DNA from: Marsupella aquatica | Lineage: Eukaryota; Plantae; Marchantiophyta | Length of the DNA stretch: 64,000 nucleotides | Direction of reading: 5' to 3' | Assembly: GCA_973895155.1 (NCBI GenBank) | Contig: OZ316899.1 | Coordinates: 5,707,241-5,771,240 of the forward strand | Shown: positions 13,401 to 26,778 of the stretch, piece by piece | Numbering within the stretch: position 1 is the stretch's first letter | Layout of the letters: the number at the start of each line of letters is the position of its first letter | The notes under the pieces: model-generated | What the model was told of the DNA's origin: nothing | Databases searched by the model: none | What the model saw: the letters and a program-made list of their open reading frames with translations, nothing else | Position numbers and translations under genes: made by a program

Positions 13401-14588
13401 GACTTGAAGTTCACCATCAATTACTCGCCATTGATGACCATTTGTATCCAACACACCGAGTGAAATCAATTTTTTTCGCATGCCAGGTACAAACCTGACT
13501 CCGGAACTGTGCGCACAATGCCATCAAACATTTGAATCTTTACAGACCCAATATCCTCAACTCGACAGGAGTGATCATTTCCCATCAAAACTGAACCGTT
13601 TGACATAGAATAAAAATTGAAATACTCACGAATGTAACAAATATGAAAGGAGCAAGCACAATCAAGAATCCACACATCATTTGCTCTCCTAGATGATGTG
13701 CATAGGGCATACTCCTGACTTCATAAAACATACTCATCATTGAGTAAATCAACTTCTCCATCAGCACTAGTCACATTGGCTGATGAAGATTCAGCTGCCT
13801 TACCCTTACAATCCCTCTTAACGTGACCAACCTTGTGACACTTCCAGCAGACTACTGGCTTTCTCTCCTGGGACTTCCCCCTGGAAGCAAATCTTGTCCT
13901 AGATTTACTTCGTCCCTTGCCATTCGTGCGCTGCTTGGGACGCCGCTGTGACCTCCCACGATTCATATTCAAGGCAGCACCAGATGACGATGCTGCCTGG
14001 TGCATCATCTGACAGCAAAGAGCTTATCACCTCATTGTATGAAATAGACTTCAGGTCTCTATACAAGAGAACCTGCTTCAAACCCTGATAAGATGGGGGT
14101 AAGGAGCTGAGAAGAAGCAAGGCCTTGTCCTCTTCTTCAACGCCCTTACCGAGATTAGACAAATTAACTGCTAGGCTGTCAAATTCATCCAAGTGATCCT
14201 GGAGCTTGTTCCCCTCTTTGAGCCGAAGGCTTATTAAGAGAGACTTCTTGTACAATCGATCTGATGCATCCTCCCGATAGTACTTCTTCCTTAGGGCTTT
14301 GAATAGAGATGCACAATCCGCGTAGTCATCTAACTTCTTGATGATATGCGGCTTCAGATAAAGCATCACCGCATTCACTGCAATTACTTGTTCCTGCCTC
14401 CACCTCTTTAGTGGGATCTCCTCCTCATCATCGTACATCTCTCGTGTAGAGAGAAGATGATCTAGGCCCATAGCGTGAAGAACTCCTTTCACTTGCTTCT
14501 CCCACAGCAAGTAGTCCGTACGCCCATCATACTTTTCCACCTCAAACTTGACACCTCCAAACCTAGATGCCATCTGTTTTTCCTTCAC
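10453..14588 (-). pseudogene. Copia gag-pol polyprotein with several frameshifts and stops
   Basis: KFEVEKYDG (gag), CWKCHKVGHVKRDC zinc knuckle, WILDCACSFH protease, LWHSRLGH GAG-pre-integrase, HSDVWGP/SDNGREY/QNGVAER integrase, KARWVAKG and LYVDDM RT, CDSQSA/KHIDVRYHF RNase H. Confidence 0.95.
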
Positions 14589-17500
14589 AATCCCTTCTAC
14601 TCGCTACACCGATGATTGTACCGGTGTCACGTGCGCTTCCTCCAGCTCCTCTCTCTCCTCCTCAAACCGTCGTGGTGATCCTCGTGCTTCAAGATCCACT
14701 TCTTCAAAAATCTCCTCCGAATCACTCATGTGAGAATGCAAGAAAAAATGACGTTTTTCCAACTTCTTCAAAAAACTCAAAACTTATCACCGTCGCGTAG
14801 CCCACAAGCCTAGCTCTCCAACGCTGAAAACCAAAATCAAAACGGAATTCTGACGTAAAACTTTTTGGTCGGGGTGGGTAAAACTCATAATTCTCCCCCG
14901 TTTTGACCACCTCGGGGAATAACCAAAATGGGAACGAGTACTCAATGTCGGAAACACATTTTGATTGGTGCACCGCGTGGCCAACTCCGATGGCTACCTC
15001 CTTGCCGAAGATGAACGAAAGAAGTTACCGTTCGGCGGATAGAATCTTTGACGAACGGCCAAAAACACGCTCTCTATTTTTTGGGAATATTCCCGCACAG
15101 AGCAGCAGGGCTCACAGGGGGCCGTTCCCCCTGTCCAAGCGGTTAAAGTGGAGGGCGACAGGTCTTGGGATGCGGCTACCAATCAGAAACCAGGAAAATG
15201 AATAAAAAGTATGGGCTAAAAGGGGTTTAAGGCCCCTTTATTAAATCAGGTGTATGCGGGGTTGGGGATTACGCATGGGGTACGGGGCGGCAACCGCGTA
15301 CAGTAGCAACCGGGGAGGAGCAACCGGGAGGATAGGGCCGCGAAGCGGTTGTCGAAACAAGTCGCCGGCGGATGCAGGGGTGTAAGGGCGCGCAAAGGGG
15401 CAGGGCCGACGGGGTGGCAAGGAGGATCGGCAGCGGGGAGAAGGGAGGAGCAAGCGAGCCTTGGTGGGGGCCCGAGCGCGCGTATGGCGCCAGCCGGCGC
15501 CCGAAAGAAAATACACGGCCGGGCGGGGGGAGCAGGTGTCGAAGGGGCCGGGGAGTGTCAGGGGTTAACGTGTGTGTATACACACAAAATGACAAATCCT
15601 TCCTTTAAAAAACCGTAAAGAAAAACTGCCCCCCCCCCCCCCCCCAACAATACAAAGGGTTTAACCCCAAAGAAGCCAAATCCACACTTGTCACCGACAA
15701 GGACCGGAATTTATTTTTTTCTCTCCAATGTGCAAGAGAGAGAGAGAGATGTTAATAAAGTAGCGAAAAAACACCCAATCAAGGCCACATCAAGATATTA
15801 CTTTGTCCACACCTATCGCATGTCATGGTCCTACAGTAGGGTCTGGGAGGAGTCTTAGATAGATATACATTACACCTTATAGTCCAAGTTAGAAAACTTC
15901 ATATACTGCCGGTGACACATGGTAAAGTCCAAAGAAATGAAAAGGTCTGACGAGAGAGAAATTAATACTCATGAAATGATCCATCCACTAGCATAATGTG
16001 TATACAGTTAGCATAGTCAAAGCGCAGTAGCAGGGTCTGCTGCATGAAAGACAGAGTAAAACAAGAGACCAAGATAACTAGTGACAGAAATAACAAGTGT
16101 TAGAAATAACGAAAAAACCTTTTTACAGAGTATTAATAGGTAGAAAGATCTCAAAACCAGGGGTATAGTAGGAAGAATTTTGTTATCAAGTCAGCAAGAA
16201 ATAATTTTTGGAGATACTAGTGGTGTGGACATAAGCGAATTGCTGCATTGTTAAGAACAAGAAAAAAATTGATAGTTAGCAGGGTCAGTATACAACACAT
16301 ATAAAGCTTATTATAACTAGCATCTAGCTCTAAGCAGAGCTTTATGCATGGACTATCGGTGCATCCAATCTGTTTGTCTTACAGACAGAAGTAGACCATC
16401 AACCATAAATGACATGTAGTTGACATGACTACATTGCAAGCCCTAGGTTCGTCATTCAACCCCCGTCCCTAGGGTGAATCAAGCTAAGTAACTGACAAAT
16501 TCATGCTATATGTTTCTATTACCAGGATGCCCAAGCGGTAACGGGGAGACATATATCAGTTATGGGCTAGACTAAGTTATTCATGAAAATATAATAGCAA
16601 AGGAGTTAATATGCTAAGAATGGTACCTGTTGAGCTCGCGCCATTAGCTGTGGTCAGGAATCTTTACAAGAGTGTGCACTGGATTGCTCATAAAGTAATT
16701 CTATAGGGCTAAGAAAAAAGAGCTAGTGGTAAAGGACGAAAGAACAGAGTGGGGCAGAGTGCCACCAGTAAGAGACGAAAGAATAGGGTGACAGTGAGAA
16801 GAGATAAACAGAATATGAGCCAATCATTCAACCTGGAGGTTGAAGATGTTTCAGGAGAATGCTTTACGCAGAGGGGGGAAGTACCATGCAAAAAGGAATG
16901 TTTCAGGAGGAACTATGCGTCAGAGCCTATGGTGAGCATGCTTTATATAATGGTAAAAGTGTGTAGGTAGGGCATCTTATGTAAGAGGGGAGAAAAGTTT
17001 TTTTAGGTTTAGTTTTTTAAGCCCGCGGTAGCCGGTAGATTTAGGGTGGATCTGGATAGGCGGTGTGGATGTATTATCTTGAATGCGGTGAGTACATACG
17101 TAGATATTTCTCCTGACTATATGTATTTTTGTGATTTAGTACTTATTGTGGGTATGAATAAAATTATGCAGAGTTGGGGTACAAGGTGTTGTTGAACTGA
17201 GAGACCGATTGATTATTGAATGGGTCATCTGAGAGAGATCGATAGAAACTTGTGTCCATACACATAGTATCACACCCTGATATAACTCAGGACCGATTGT
17301 TACTGACGACATAGCATTCCGAAATCCACAATTTATTCTTCAGTTGCGTGCATCGCCCATACTTATACTCATATCCATACACATATCATATAGATGGTAA
17401 TAGTATACTCATAATTTCTTATATGCCGATCGCTGTTCAATTTAATAAATGTACACTGGTAGATGTTAAACCATAGAATCATCACTCAGAGATATCATAA

Positions 17501-18402
17501 CCATCTACATTCACCATACCCGTAAATCACTGGATCATTCGTAGCTTCTCATTATCATTAGAATTAAATCCAGTGTACCCATTTACACATGCGATTTTTC
17601 GATGAGTGACGGCTTACTCCAATGTCTAGTCAGAGACATTGAGCATGGGCCATACTCTGTCCCTAGGGATCACTTGACTGAAGTGATCCACATCCCCTGC
17701 GCCTTCATTCAGCCCCCGTCACAGGGTAGAAATAATGTGGTAAAAACAAAATCTCATGTCCCATGTTTCTGTAGCATTGTCCGGACGGCTACGGGGAGAC
17801 ATGGGCTAGGGATAGATTAGTCACTTCATCCTAAGCATCTATTTTATTGGAGCGATGACAGTATGAGCAATTTCGTATTTCAGAAAGCATTAGATATGAA
17901 CATTTTCCCATACATAGTCACACATTGTACCTGTTTATTTTTATCACCCATTGGATTCTACTGAATCCTGCACAGTCGACACCTTTCCTCCTTCACGATC
18001 TGTGAACAGGTTGTCCTTACGAGCTGCAGCAGGTTGAAGCTGATCCTTGCCAGAGCTGGCACGAGCTTGCTACAGTGTATAATGCAACGTCACAGACCTC
18101 AGTGTGTGGTGTTTTCGTATGGCTTAGAATGTAATTCAGGAGCCACTGGGCACAAACAACCGACTCAAGAAATGGCAGTGCCGTTGCTTTGGCGGCGTTT
18201 TTAGGGTATTTTCCAGGGCCAAACGTGGGCGCCTAGGTTTGTTGGGTCTACTCCGATAGCCCAGGTTTATGTAAACCAATATTGATGTATTAGGATTGAA
18301 GTGTTATGGGGGTCATGCCCTCTCATATGACAAAGTCCAGACTTATATCCACATCCCATTTAGTTTCCGAGGGTTGTCATCATTAGTCTTCCATGTTCCT
18401 CT

Positions 18403-18439
<37 letters not shown>

Positions 18440-19199
18440 TTCGAATAAAAATTTTGCCCGTAAGAAATCCAAAAATGCTTGTGGACATCAAACAAAAAGA
18501 GCTTGCACCTTGTAACGTTCGGATTATGGTGAGGAATCAGAAACCGATGTCGGTGGGTTGGAAAGATTTGCGCACCCGCACCGTTTGCTGGTCAATCAGT
18601 GGGCAAAACTCATAACTCCTTCCTCTCGTGGGCAAAATCGTCAATCTTGGACTCAAAACGATCACCTCTTCGTGATCTATCCGTTCAGCCCAAGCACTTC
18701 ACGTCTCTCCCTCCGAGTTGATTGCAATGACAAGAAACCCCGCTCAGGCAAAAGAGGACTCCATAGCCGGTCAGAAAATCAGAATGCTTCTTTTGCTCGT
18801 TGTGACGCATTCGTTACACACTCGACAACAAACCATCTACCAAAACGATCAACTCATCCTGATCTACAAGTAGAGCTATAGCATGCGACGCCTCCTTCAC
18901 CGTAGAGCTCACACCGTCGGGAAAACAAACTCTGGTCCCTCCTCCAAAAAACCGTCGAACACAAATATTGTCAACTTTCTTCACAAATTCCAGAACGACG
19001 AAAACTTAGATCTCTCCACACCACGATCTCCGTTCAACAATTTATTTGCACCGTTAGAAAGCCCTTGCCCCAATCTATCTGCTGAGCCCATAAACTCCAA
19101 GTTCCATGCGATGAAACTCCGGGAAATCCACTGACACTCAACATTGAAAAAAACAAAACCGTCACAAAATCCCGTCATGAACAATGTCACCTCCCAGGC

Positions 19200-19213
19200 A
19201 TGCTCTGATACCA
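19200..19213 (-). promoter_or_regulatory. Primer-binding site (initiator tRNA-Met) of the copia element
   Basis: TGGTATCAGAGCA on the minus strand, 2 nt inside the 5' LTR. Confidence 0.93.
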
Positions 19214-19215
19214 AT

Positions 19216-19558
19216 TGTTGAGCATAGACGACACTCGTAACGGTAAGCACATGACACATCCAACGTGCAAGTAGTCGACACAAGAGATACGTGGTTCACC
19301 TCCTTGAGGCTACGTCCACGGGAACACACAAGAGAGCTTTACTGAACTCTAAGCCCGTTGGCCTTACCAAGTCTCTACAGTGTAAGTTCTCCTCATCTCT
19401 CAAGTGGCTCCGTAACAATGAGCCTAAGTTCCACTCATCCAAGCAAACACCGCTTGGCATATAGTGTGCATCCTAGTTAACCTAACCACGTCTTCGACTA
19501 TGGTTAGCCTAACTACGGTTACATGTCATAACCCTAGACCTTGAGTAAATACCTAACA
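19216..19558 (-). repeat. Copia 5' LTR
   Basis: Direct repeat of 9918-10260; abuts the PBS and the TSD. Confidence 0.97.
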
Positions 19559-19830
19559 CGAGGATCTTCAGGATGCCCTTTGGTCATTGGGTAGGTTGTT
19601 GAGATGGGTGTGTCAAAAGGAGATGAAGGAGGATGAGATTGCTGCCATGGAGGTGTTTGGAGTGGAGGAAGTGTGAAAGTTGGAGCAAGCACTCCCTCCT
19701 TCCTTCTTTGATGGTCAAGTTCATTTTCTCATACATCTAGTGCATGAAGTGGCAATTGTAGGCCCAGTACATTGCCGTTGGATGTATTGGATAGAGCGGT
19801 ACATGGGAGTCATGAAGTCACTATATGATT
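19559..19830 (+). pseudogene. CACTA transposase fragment 2 (DUF4218-like)
   Basis: LEQALPPSFFDGQVHFLIHLVHEVAIVGPVHCRWMYWIERYMGVMK matches the En/Spm motif PPSFFD..VHL..HL.....GPV..RWMY..ERYM. Confidence 0.88.
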
Positions 19831-20129
19831 GGTACACATGGCACCCTTAAAATTTCCCAATTTTTTTGTCAAGCCATGTATATGTTAGAGACATGGCAAG
19901 AATTTAGAAAATGGTTAAAGTGGGCCTGGTTTTTTGGGGACTCACTTTTTAGGGTTTGACTTGAGTTCACAAGTTTGGAATTGTCCCGTTTCCTTGCCTG
20001 TTTCATGTGTGTCATTTCCCTTCATTGCCCCTTGTCAATCTAGTCCCATGCCATTTCCCTCCAACCACTGTCCCTTGGCCCCACCCACAGTCATTTATGC
20101 AAGCAAGTTTCCTTTCTTTGTGAAACGGG

Positions 20130-21300
20130 TAATAGAGATGGAGTTATTGTGCACTATCAACCATCGACCAAGATCGCTAGCATTTGTGAGGGAGCTGGAG
20201 CTATTGCACACACCATTGACCAAAAGACATTGTGCACACCATTGACCAAGAGCTGTTGCGGTTGTGAGGGAGGTGGAGTTGTTGTGCACTATCGACCGAG
20301 AGTTGTGGCAAGAAGTTGTTGCATCCTAAAGTGAGTTGGTGTGAGACATTGAGCGGTAGTCGTGAGGGAGCTACTGCAAAAGGAAGCAAGTTGCTATGTT
20401 TGCCATTGAGCTGGGGACTTGGGGGTTTCACTTCCACAAAAATGGCATATCAAGTACGATGAAGTATAGTCATTTTATTGGTTTGAAAGGAAAATTTAAG
20501 AATTTTCTTAGAAGAACAACAGGGTCTTTTAAATCCAATTTTGAGACTTATAAGAACATTAGGGTCCTTATAACCAGAAGAATATTCCAATTTTATAGGG
20601 GTTGAAAAATAAATTGTTTCTTACATTTTAGGGGATCCGAGGCCTAAAAAAGTTGCAAGTGATAGGGAGGCATCCATATAGTGAGACCCCCAAGGTTGGG
20701 GATCAAGCTGCAGAGTTGTTGTATTCAACATTGAGTTTGGGAGTTGGGGAGCTACTAAGTTGTTGTGTTCGACATTGACCTGGGGAGCTGTTGCATCTCA
20801 CATTGTGTTGTTGACCGTCAACTGGGAGGAGCTATTGCGTCCACATTGAGTTGCTGATGCTCAACATTGAGCTAGGGAGTTGAGTTGCGCGCTATCGACC
20901 ATCAACCAAGAGGAGTTGTGGCAGTCATGAGGGAGATGTTGCATCCCACATTGAGCTGGGAAGCTGTTGCGTGCTAACAACAGTTGACCAAGAGGAGCTA
21001 TGGCAATCGTAAGGGAGCGCTGCGTCCCACATGGAGCTCCAAGTAAGTTGCTGATGTTGAATATTGAGTTGCCCTGTTTGACATTCTGCTGTTGTTTGAC
21101 ATTGTGCTGTCCGTTATGTTGTGGATGGGAGCTCTGGCAATCATGAGGGAGCTGCTACTATTCCACATTGTCCGAGCTAAAAGTGAGTTGAGTTGTTGTT
21201 GTTTGATAGCAAGCAATTGCTGTTCGAGCAGAGGTTTAGCTTAGTTCAAGTGATATTGAGCTCAGATTTGAGCAAGCTAGCTATTGCTATTGAAGCAGAG
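20130..21300 (+). repeat. Degenerate tandem repeat array (GAGCTGTTGC...ACATTGAG(C/T)TGGG-type units)
   Basis: Recurrent gagttgttgtgcactatc, acattgagttgggagctg and gaccaagaggag motifs over about 1.2 kb. Confidence 0.6.
20418..20694. mobile_element. MITE copy 1 (TIR CTTGGGGGTTTCACT...AGTGAGACCCCCAAG, 8-bp TSD)
   Basis: Terminal inverted repeats; flanks GCTGGGGA / GTTGGGGA; homologous to 30836-31125. Confidence 0.8.
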
Positions 21301-22148
21301 TTGCACTAAGCCGACAACTTAGGTCCTTTTGAACCTCCACTCAATGCTCAAAGCATGCTCATGTTTCAGCTGAGATCAAGTGATGTTGAGCTGCTAAGTT
21401 GCTAGTGATGATGTTGCGTTGCAACTTTGATCTTTGGCTCATTGTTGCTTGGTGCTGAACTGAATAGCCTTAGGAGCGCTCCTGGATTTACTCCCATAGT
21501 TTATGTGTTGTCGTCCATCCTCTCACTCACTCATCACATACTAATGATGTGGAGAAGTCGTAAGTTGTTGGCACCTTGGAGCTCGTCACATTCCTTGCTT
21601 TGTCTATCTCCTACAAGTGACGATCTTCTATGCTTGTGACCAAGCATGCAATCTGTCTATTTGACTACAAAGCATTTGCTCAATCCCTCTAGCTTTTAAT
21701 TACTAAATCTGCTCTCATAGTTACTTGTAGATAGTTTTTTCTTTGAGTTATCCGTGAACATTACTTCCCTGAGCTCTTACCGAGTCACCTACATGAAACT
21801 GGGAAATTGATTCAAAGCATTTGGCAGCTCAATGCCGCTCAACTTTGTTACTCTTGGAGAGGTTAGTTTGTTGATTGAGCCTCCAATTGAGGTTTACCTC
21901 ATGAACAAGCTTTCTAGTTTATTATTGCCTTGTTGATTGAGCAAACTTGTTGCTCATGTTTGACTGCTCAGATTCCACAATGTCGCTTCTCTCTTTTGTG
22001 TGTTGCCTTGATTGAGAGAAGTCCCTAAGCTAACTTCAGTTTCCCTTGCACCACTAGTCTCCTATCATCTTAAAATGCATGGTCCTTGACCCAAAAGTTG
22101 AGTTTGAGACTACTGTGATGCTACTGTCCAGGAGCAAGATTGGGGTAG

Positions 22149-25100
22149 TGTGGTGCGTCCCCTGCCTCCCCAAACCCAAGAAACCCCCTTGCTCAAGCCG
22201 ATTCCCGCAGGTTTCGTCCTTGGCGAGGCTGTTTCTGCGGCTTAGTGGCATGGGACGCTGCTAATTCTCCTTCAACTACTTCTATTAACATTTTACACAC
22301 ATATATTGGACAAATTCTTCATCGGGTCATGAGATACTTAGCCGGCCTATTCTAGTCCCTCCCTTGTATTCCTTTCCTGGTCTTCCATTAGGTATGTTTG
22401 GATTCCACCGCCGGAATGATCCCCAATTGGCTTGGTTAAGCCGCTAAGACCTCTCTCAGCTTGACACATCCAACTCTCACTCCCCTGCTTACTTCTATTC
22501 CTCTATTAGTTGATGTGGGCACTCTTCACACAAGTTAATGCGACACACAAATAGCAAAATGACTCCTTCTGACTGAGTTATACCATGCACTTGCCATACA
22601 AACAGTACATCTCATACACAAGCTCTGCGAACTAAGCCGTGAGGCCAACTCTATTCAGTTCTTAAGTATGAGGAAACATGAATATACACAAGGGTCACTG
22701 TATAACTAACCGAGAGCTTCTCTTACTACTTGATCCCAGCCCTGCTGGTGCAACTAGAAACTTGCTAAAGAAGAGGCCCTGAACTCCCCGCAGCCCAGGT
22801 ACTTATCCCGGTTGTGGATCCGCCTAATTCCTTGCAGCGTAAGCCTAATCTACCTACTGTAATCTACCTAACTGTACAGCGAGGCAGGAGCACAAGTGTC
22901 GTCCACACTCGTGGATCCGAAATCCCACTAATCTAAGTGTCAGGGCCGTCTCCTGATCCTGATCCTAAGTCTAAACTTGGAGATCAGCGCCCGCCCTGCC
23001 CACTCACGCCTCCTACCTCCACGTCCGCCCTCCCTAAAAGGGACGGCGCCCTTACACCGTCACAACACCGGTGGCTGGTCCTCAATGGATGCCCCCAACG
23101 CTTCCTCCGCAGCCACTGCCGTTGGTCCGTCCTCTGACAGATTACCTGCCCCTGACCGAGTCAACTCTTTAGCGGCCTGACTGGGTCCCCCCTCGGCTTC
23201 GGCCTCAGCATCGGTCACGGCCTCCGCTACGGCTACGGCCTCCCTGGCATGTTCTAGTGGAGGATCCGGTACCTCGGCAGCATTACTAGTTCTCTCGGCC
23301 TTGGCCTTGCCATCTCCACTTCCTAGGACTGGTGGATCCACCGCCGTGCCGATGCTGGAGGTTGGTGCCGGGTTTATCTTCTCGGTCACAACGGCTTGAG
23401 AAGCCGTATAACTCCCACACCTAGAAGGTTTCCACTTCTTCTTCTTCCCTATTTCCACAGCCGGTTCCTTCCCCTTGCCACTTACCTCCGGCACCGGGGT
23501 GAGTGTTTCGGCTTGTCCTGCGGCCAATACTACCCCTGGTAACTAGGTTCCCCCAATTGGAGTTGGACCTGATGAAGCCAAGCATTTAAATACTGCGGCT
23601 TGTGTCTTCAGCCGCTCTGTTTGGTTGTCGGCCCGCCGCTGTAGGTTCTCCATCTTCCTCGTGATTTTCTCCAACTCCTCCTGGGTCTCGTCTAGGTCCT
23701 TGCGCGCCTCCTTTAGCTCCTTATTGGCTTCCTCCAATTCTTTCTTTAAGGTAGCCCTCTCCTCCTGGGTTGCTCTTAGCTCCTTGTCGAGCTCCGCTAC
23801 GACCACAGACTCCATCTTATTCATCTTGGCATAAGTCTGGTCGAGCTGGTCATCCTTTTCACGCAGGTCGGCCTTGAAGCTGGCCGTCAGGGACGCAAGC
23901 TCCTGCTGCAGCGCAATAATCCCTTGATAGGATTTCCCTAACTCTGCTTCCTTCTGCTCAAGGGCTCCGCGGATATCTTCGAGCTCTCCTTTCAATGCCC
24001 TCTCCCTTCTCTGAGTCTCCGCCATGGTCCGGTTGTTGGCGGTTAAATGGGCCTCCTCTGCGTCCTTTAGCGCCCACTTCCATTTCTCTCTTTCTTTGAC
24101 TGTGCCGGCCAACTCTCCTTGGGTCCGAGTCAGTTTATCTTTGATAATCTGATTGTCAGACTGAGCGGTATCCAACTGCCCCTGCATGATGTTTAGCTCA
24201 TGCCGCTTAATCCGCAACTCATCTTGGGCTTTCTTGGCCGCCTTCAGGTCTTCCACCTCGGCTTCCATCTCCCTAAGCCGCCGGATGACCTTGTCCTTCT
24301 TGCTTCTCTCCAAAGCCACCGCTTCTTCTAATCGGTGCTTTTCCAACATCCCCCTCTGGAAAAAGGGTCCCTGCTCCAACTCCTCCCCAAAGATGCTGAG
24401 CGCTAGGTCCCCACACATCTCCCCGTACTCCATGGCTCTATCCTTAGCATAGGTGGAGTAACTAGAAGTCATCTGCATCAACCACCGTGGCCTCTGCTCC
24501 CAAGCCGTCTTGCGGATTTCTTCTACGGTGGCAAGAGGGTTGCTTCTTTTTTCGGCAAGCCGCCTGATGTCCTCCGGCCAATCTCTTCCTGGTAAATCCT
24601 TCTCCCTAGCCAGGGCTGCTCTCTCTTCCTCCCTAAGTCGCTCCTGAAATTCTTGTGCCGTCTGCTTTATGCCGTCAAAGCTCGGGGGAGCAACCTCTGG
24701 TGGGGGAGACTCGGGGTTACTCTACTGGGTGGGGTCCCCTCGAACTACTCTTGGAAGCGTGGGGATAAATTGGCCACAGGTCCTTACTCCTAGAACATGA
24801 TGATCCGACCCATAGCCGGAGTTATCATTGCTGTAGTCCTCCACCGCCTCCTCCACTACTTGGACTCCCGGCTCCTCTGCCTCTGATTCGGGGCTTGAGG
24901 CTCCCACGTACATTCGCACTCCCAGCTTGTGTTCCTGCCTCAATCTCTCCTTGGTTCTGGTAAAGGGGTCTTCCCTTCTGAGTCGGCTTAGGCCAACTTT
25001 TGGGGCAGCGTCCTGTATCGGTGCCATTGCCGTTGCCGTTGTCGGAACCGTTCTCTTTTCCTTCTCCAGCAATTTCAGCAGATTTTGCATGTCTGGCTGC

Positions 25101-26778
25101 TGCATTGGCAAGTCTTCTTTCCTTGGCCTAAACACCTGCTCGATCGTCGGACTGTCGGGCTATTTGGGCTTCTCTGGTGCCGGCCTCTGCTCCGGGACCT
25201 CCTCCGGTGCCCTTGCCGATAGGGGAAGTACTGGGGCAAAGATTTGACTTCTGGCATACCGGCACAACAGCGGCATGTGATAGCCAAGCCGGGACACGCT
25301 TCCCACGCCGATCACCTGCTGTTCCTCCTTCAAGATCTTCTTCAGTTGGTTGAGGAGGTACCCTTTGTAATCCCGGCTTGGGTCTGGCCTTTCTGCCAGG
25401 TAGACCTGAGCCTTGCCGATCTTTGCCCTCGGCAAGTTACAATGCATGGTCACCCGCAAGAAATCGATCATCTCTCTGATGTGCGGGTTGGTGCAGGTGT
25501 TCCGGAAGAAGCCATTCTTCGTTGATGGTCCTGGGAACGACCGAAACTCCTTGTCAGGTAAGGTCTTCCTGGTATCAACCTTGGTCTTATTACCCATCGG
25601 CAAGCCAAACACCTCGGCAATCACCCGGGGAGTGAGATAGAAATCCTTCCCATACACCCTCGTGGAATTGGTCTCGGGTTCCCATGATCCCACAAATTCT
25701 AATAAGTCTGAGTCCGGCACCTCCGGCTTCAGCCATGGTAATCTTACGAAGGCTTCCAAGCCGGATCCGGCCATGAAGCCTTGGTACTTCTTGGTCTACA
25801 TGGCCATAAAGCATGCATCCTCCTCCCATGCAAAGTGTAATTGCACTTCCTCCGGTAGGGTCGCCGCCCAGCCTTTCCAGGTGTCATCGTTTGTTGGAAT
25901 GGCATTGATGGGATCGACCTCTTCCTCGTCGGCTTCTCCTCTTGTCCTGCTCTGCTGCTCTGCTGCTCTGCTGGCTTCCTAGGTGCCGCCGACCTCGTTC
26001 TTTTTGCCGGGGTGGCCTCTTCGTTGTTGTTTCCTTTCCTCTTCATCTCGGCTGCCGTGGATGTTTCTCCTAGCAAGGTTGCCTTCGTCCACCCCTCCGT
26101 GTTACCCTTCAACTCCCAGTGTAGGTCGTTGCAGCGATTGATGGCTTCCCGGATGCCGACGATTCTGTTTTTGCAAAATAGAAGGTCGTCGAGCTGATTG
26201 GCAGTAGGAGTCCACAAGAACTTGGCCTTGATAAGTTCTCCTCCTAAGAAAGCCGTCTTCTGCAGTTCCCATAGCTGAGCGAGCTCCTGCCGTTCTCGAG
26301 CTGCTCTCTCTGATTCTTCGTCCTTGTAAGTCCTGACGTACTCACCTGCCCGTTCAAACAGGCATCCCCAAAAACGTGCCGCTTGATTGACGTTGCTCAT
26401 ACCCTCCTTGAGTCAATCGTTGGTATCTATTCCCACCCCGAGCGCTTGCCTAAGCAACTGACAGCATTTGGCCTCCCGTAGTCGTCTGCCCAGTTCGTTC
26501 TTGCAAATGAGCCACTATTCCTCGCGAGCGGTCCTTACCCCTCTCCTCTTCTGGTCTTCCCTCCCGTTGGTCACCCCTAGCCACCGACGCTTAGCGCGCC
26601 CTAACCCTAATCATGTTCTCTCCCCCGACATCCTTACTTCCGGCCTCGGCCCGGGTTCCATAGTCACCCTTAATTGTTTATATTTTCCTTCTTTTTGTTC
26701 CTATACTAAGGCGTTTCCAGGGTACACTCCTGCTTTACCATGTAAACCGGGCTTAGTGATTCCTGGCTAGGCATCACA
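22149..26778 (-). mobile_element. ORF-bearing TG...CA element, family A copy 2 (4630 bp)
   Basis: TGTGGTGC...GCATCACA termini, TSD GGTAG / GGCAG (one transition), collinear with 2249-7032, no gag/pol. Confidence 0.88.
23060..26400 (-). pseudogene. Family A element gene, near intact (~1110 aa): N-terminal helical region, conserved domain, long coiled coil, acidic tail
   Basis: ATG at 26400. One frameshift near 25950 and three in-frame TAG stops (25160, 24722, 23543) join ORFs 25744-26400, 25160-25774, 24722-25135, 23543-24481 and 23060-23527. Confidence 0.82.

Larger units (their letters stand above)
9918..19558 (-). mobile_element. Full-length Ty1/copia LTR retrotransposon (Tnt1/Tork-like), decayed
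   Basis: Two 343-bp LTRs (TGTTG...AACA), TSD CGAGG at 9913-9917 and 19559-19563, tRNA-Met PBS, PPT AGGGGGAGAT, gag-PR-IN-RT-RH domain order. Confidence 0.97.

Noticed and set aside
15241-15618. GC-rich overlapping short ORFs
   Set aside because: Open in several frames simply because of GC richness; no motifs; inside a region of suspect quality.
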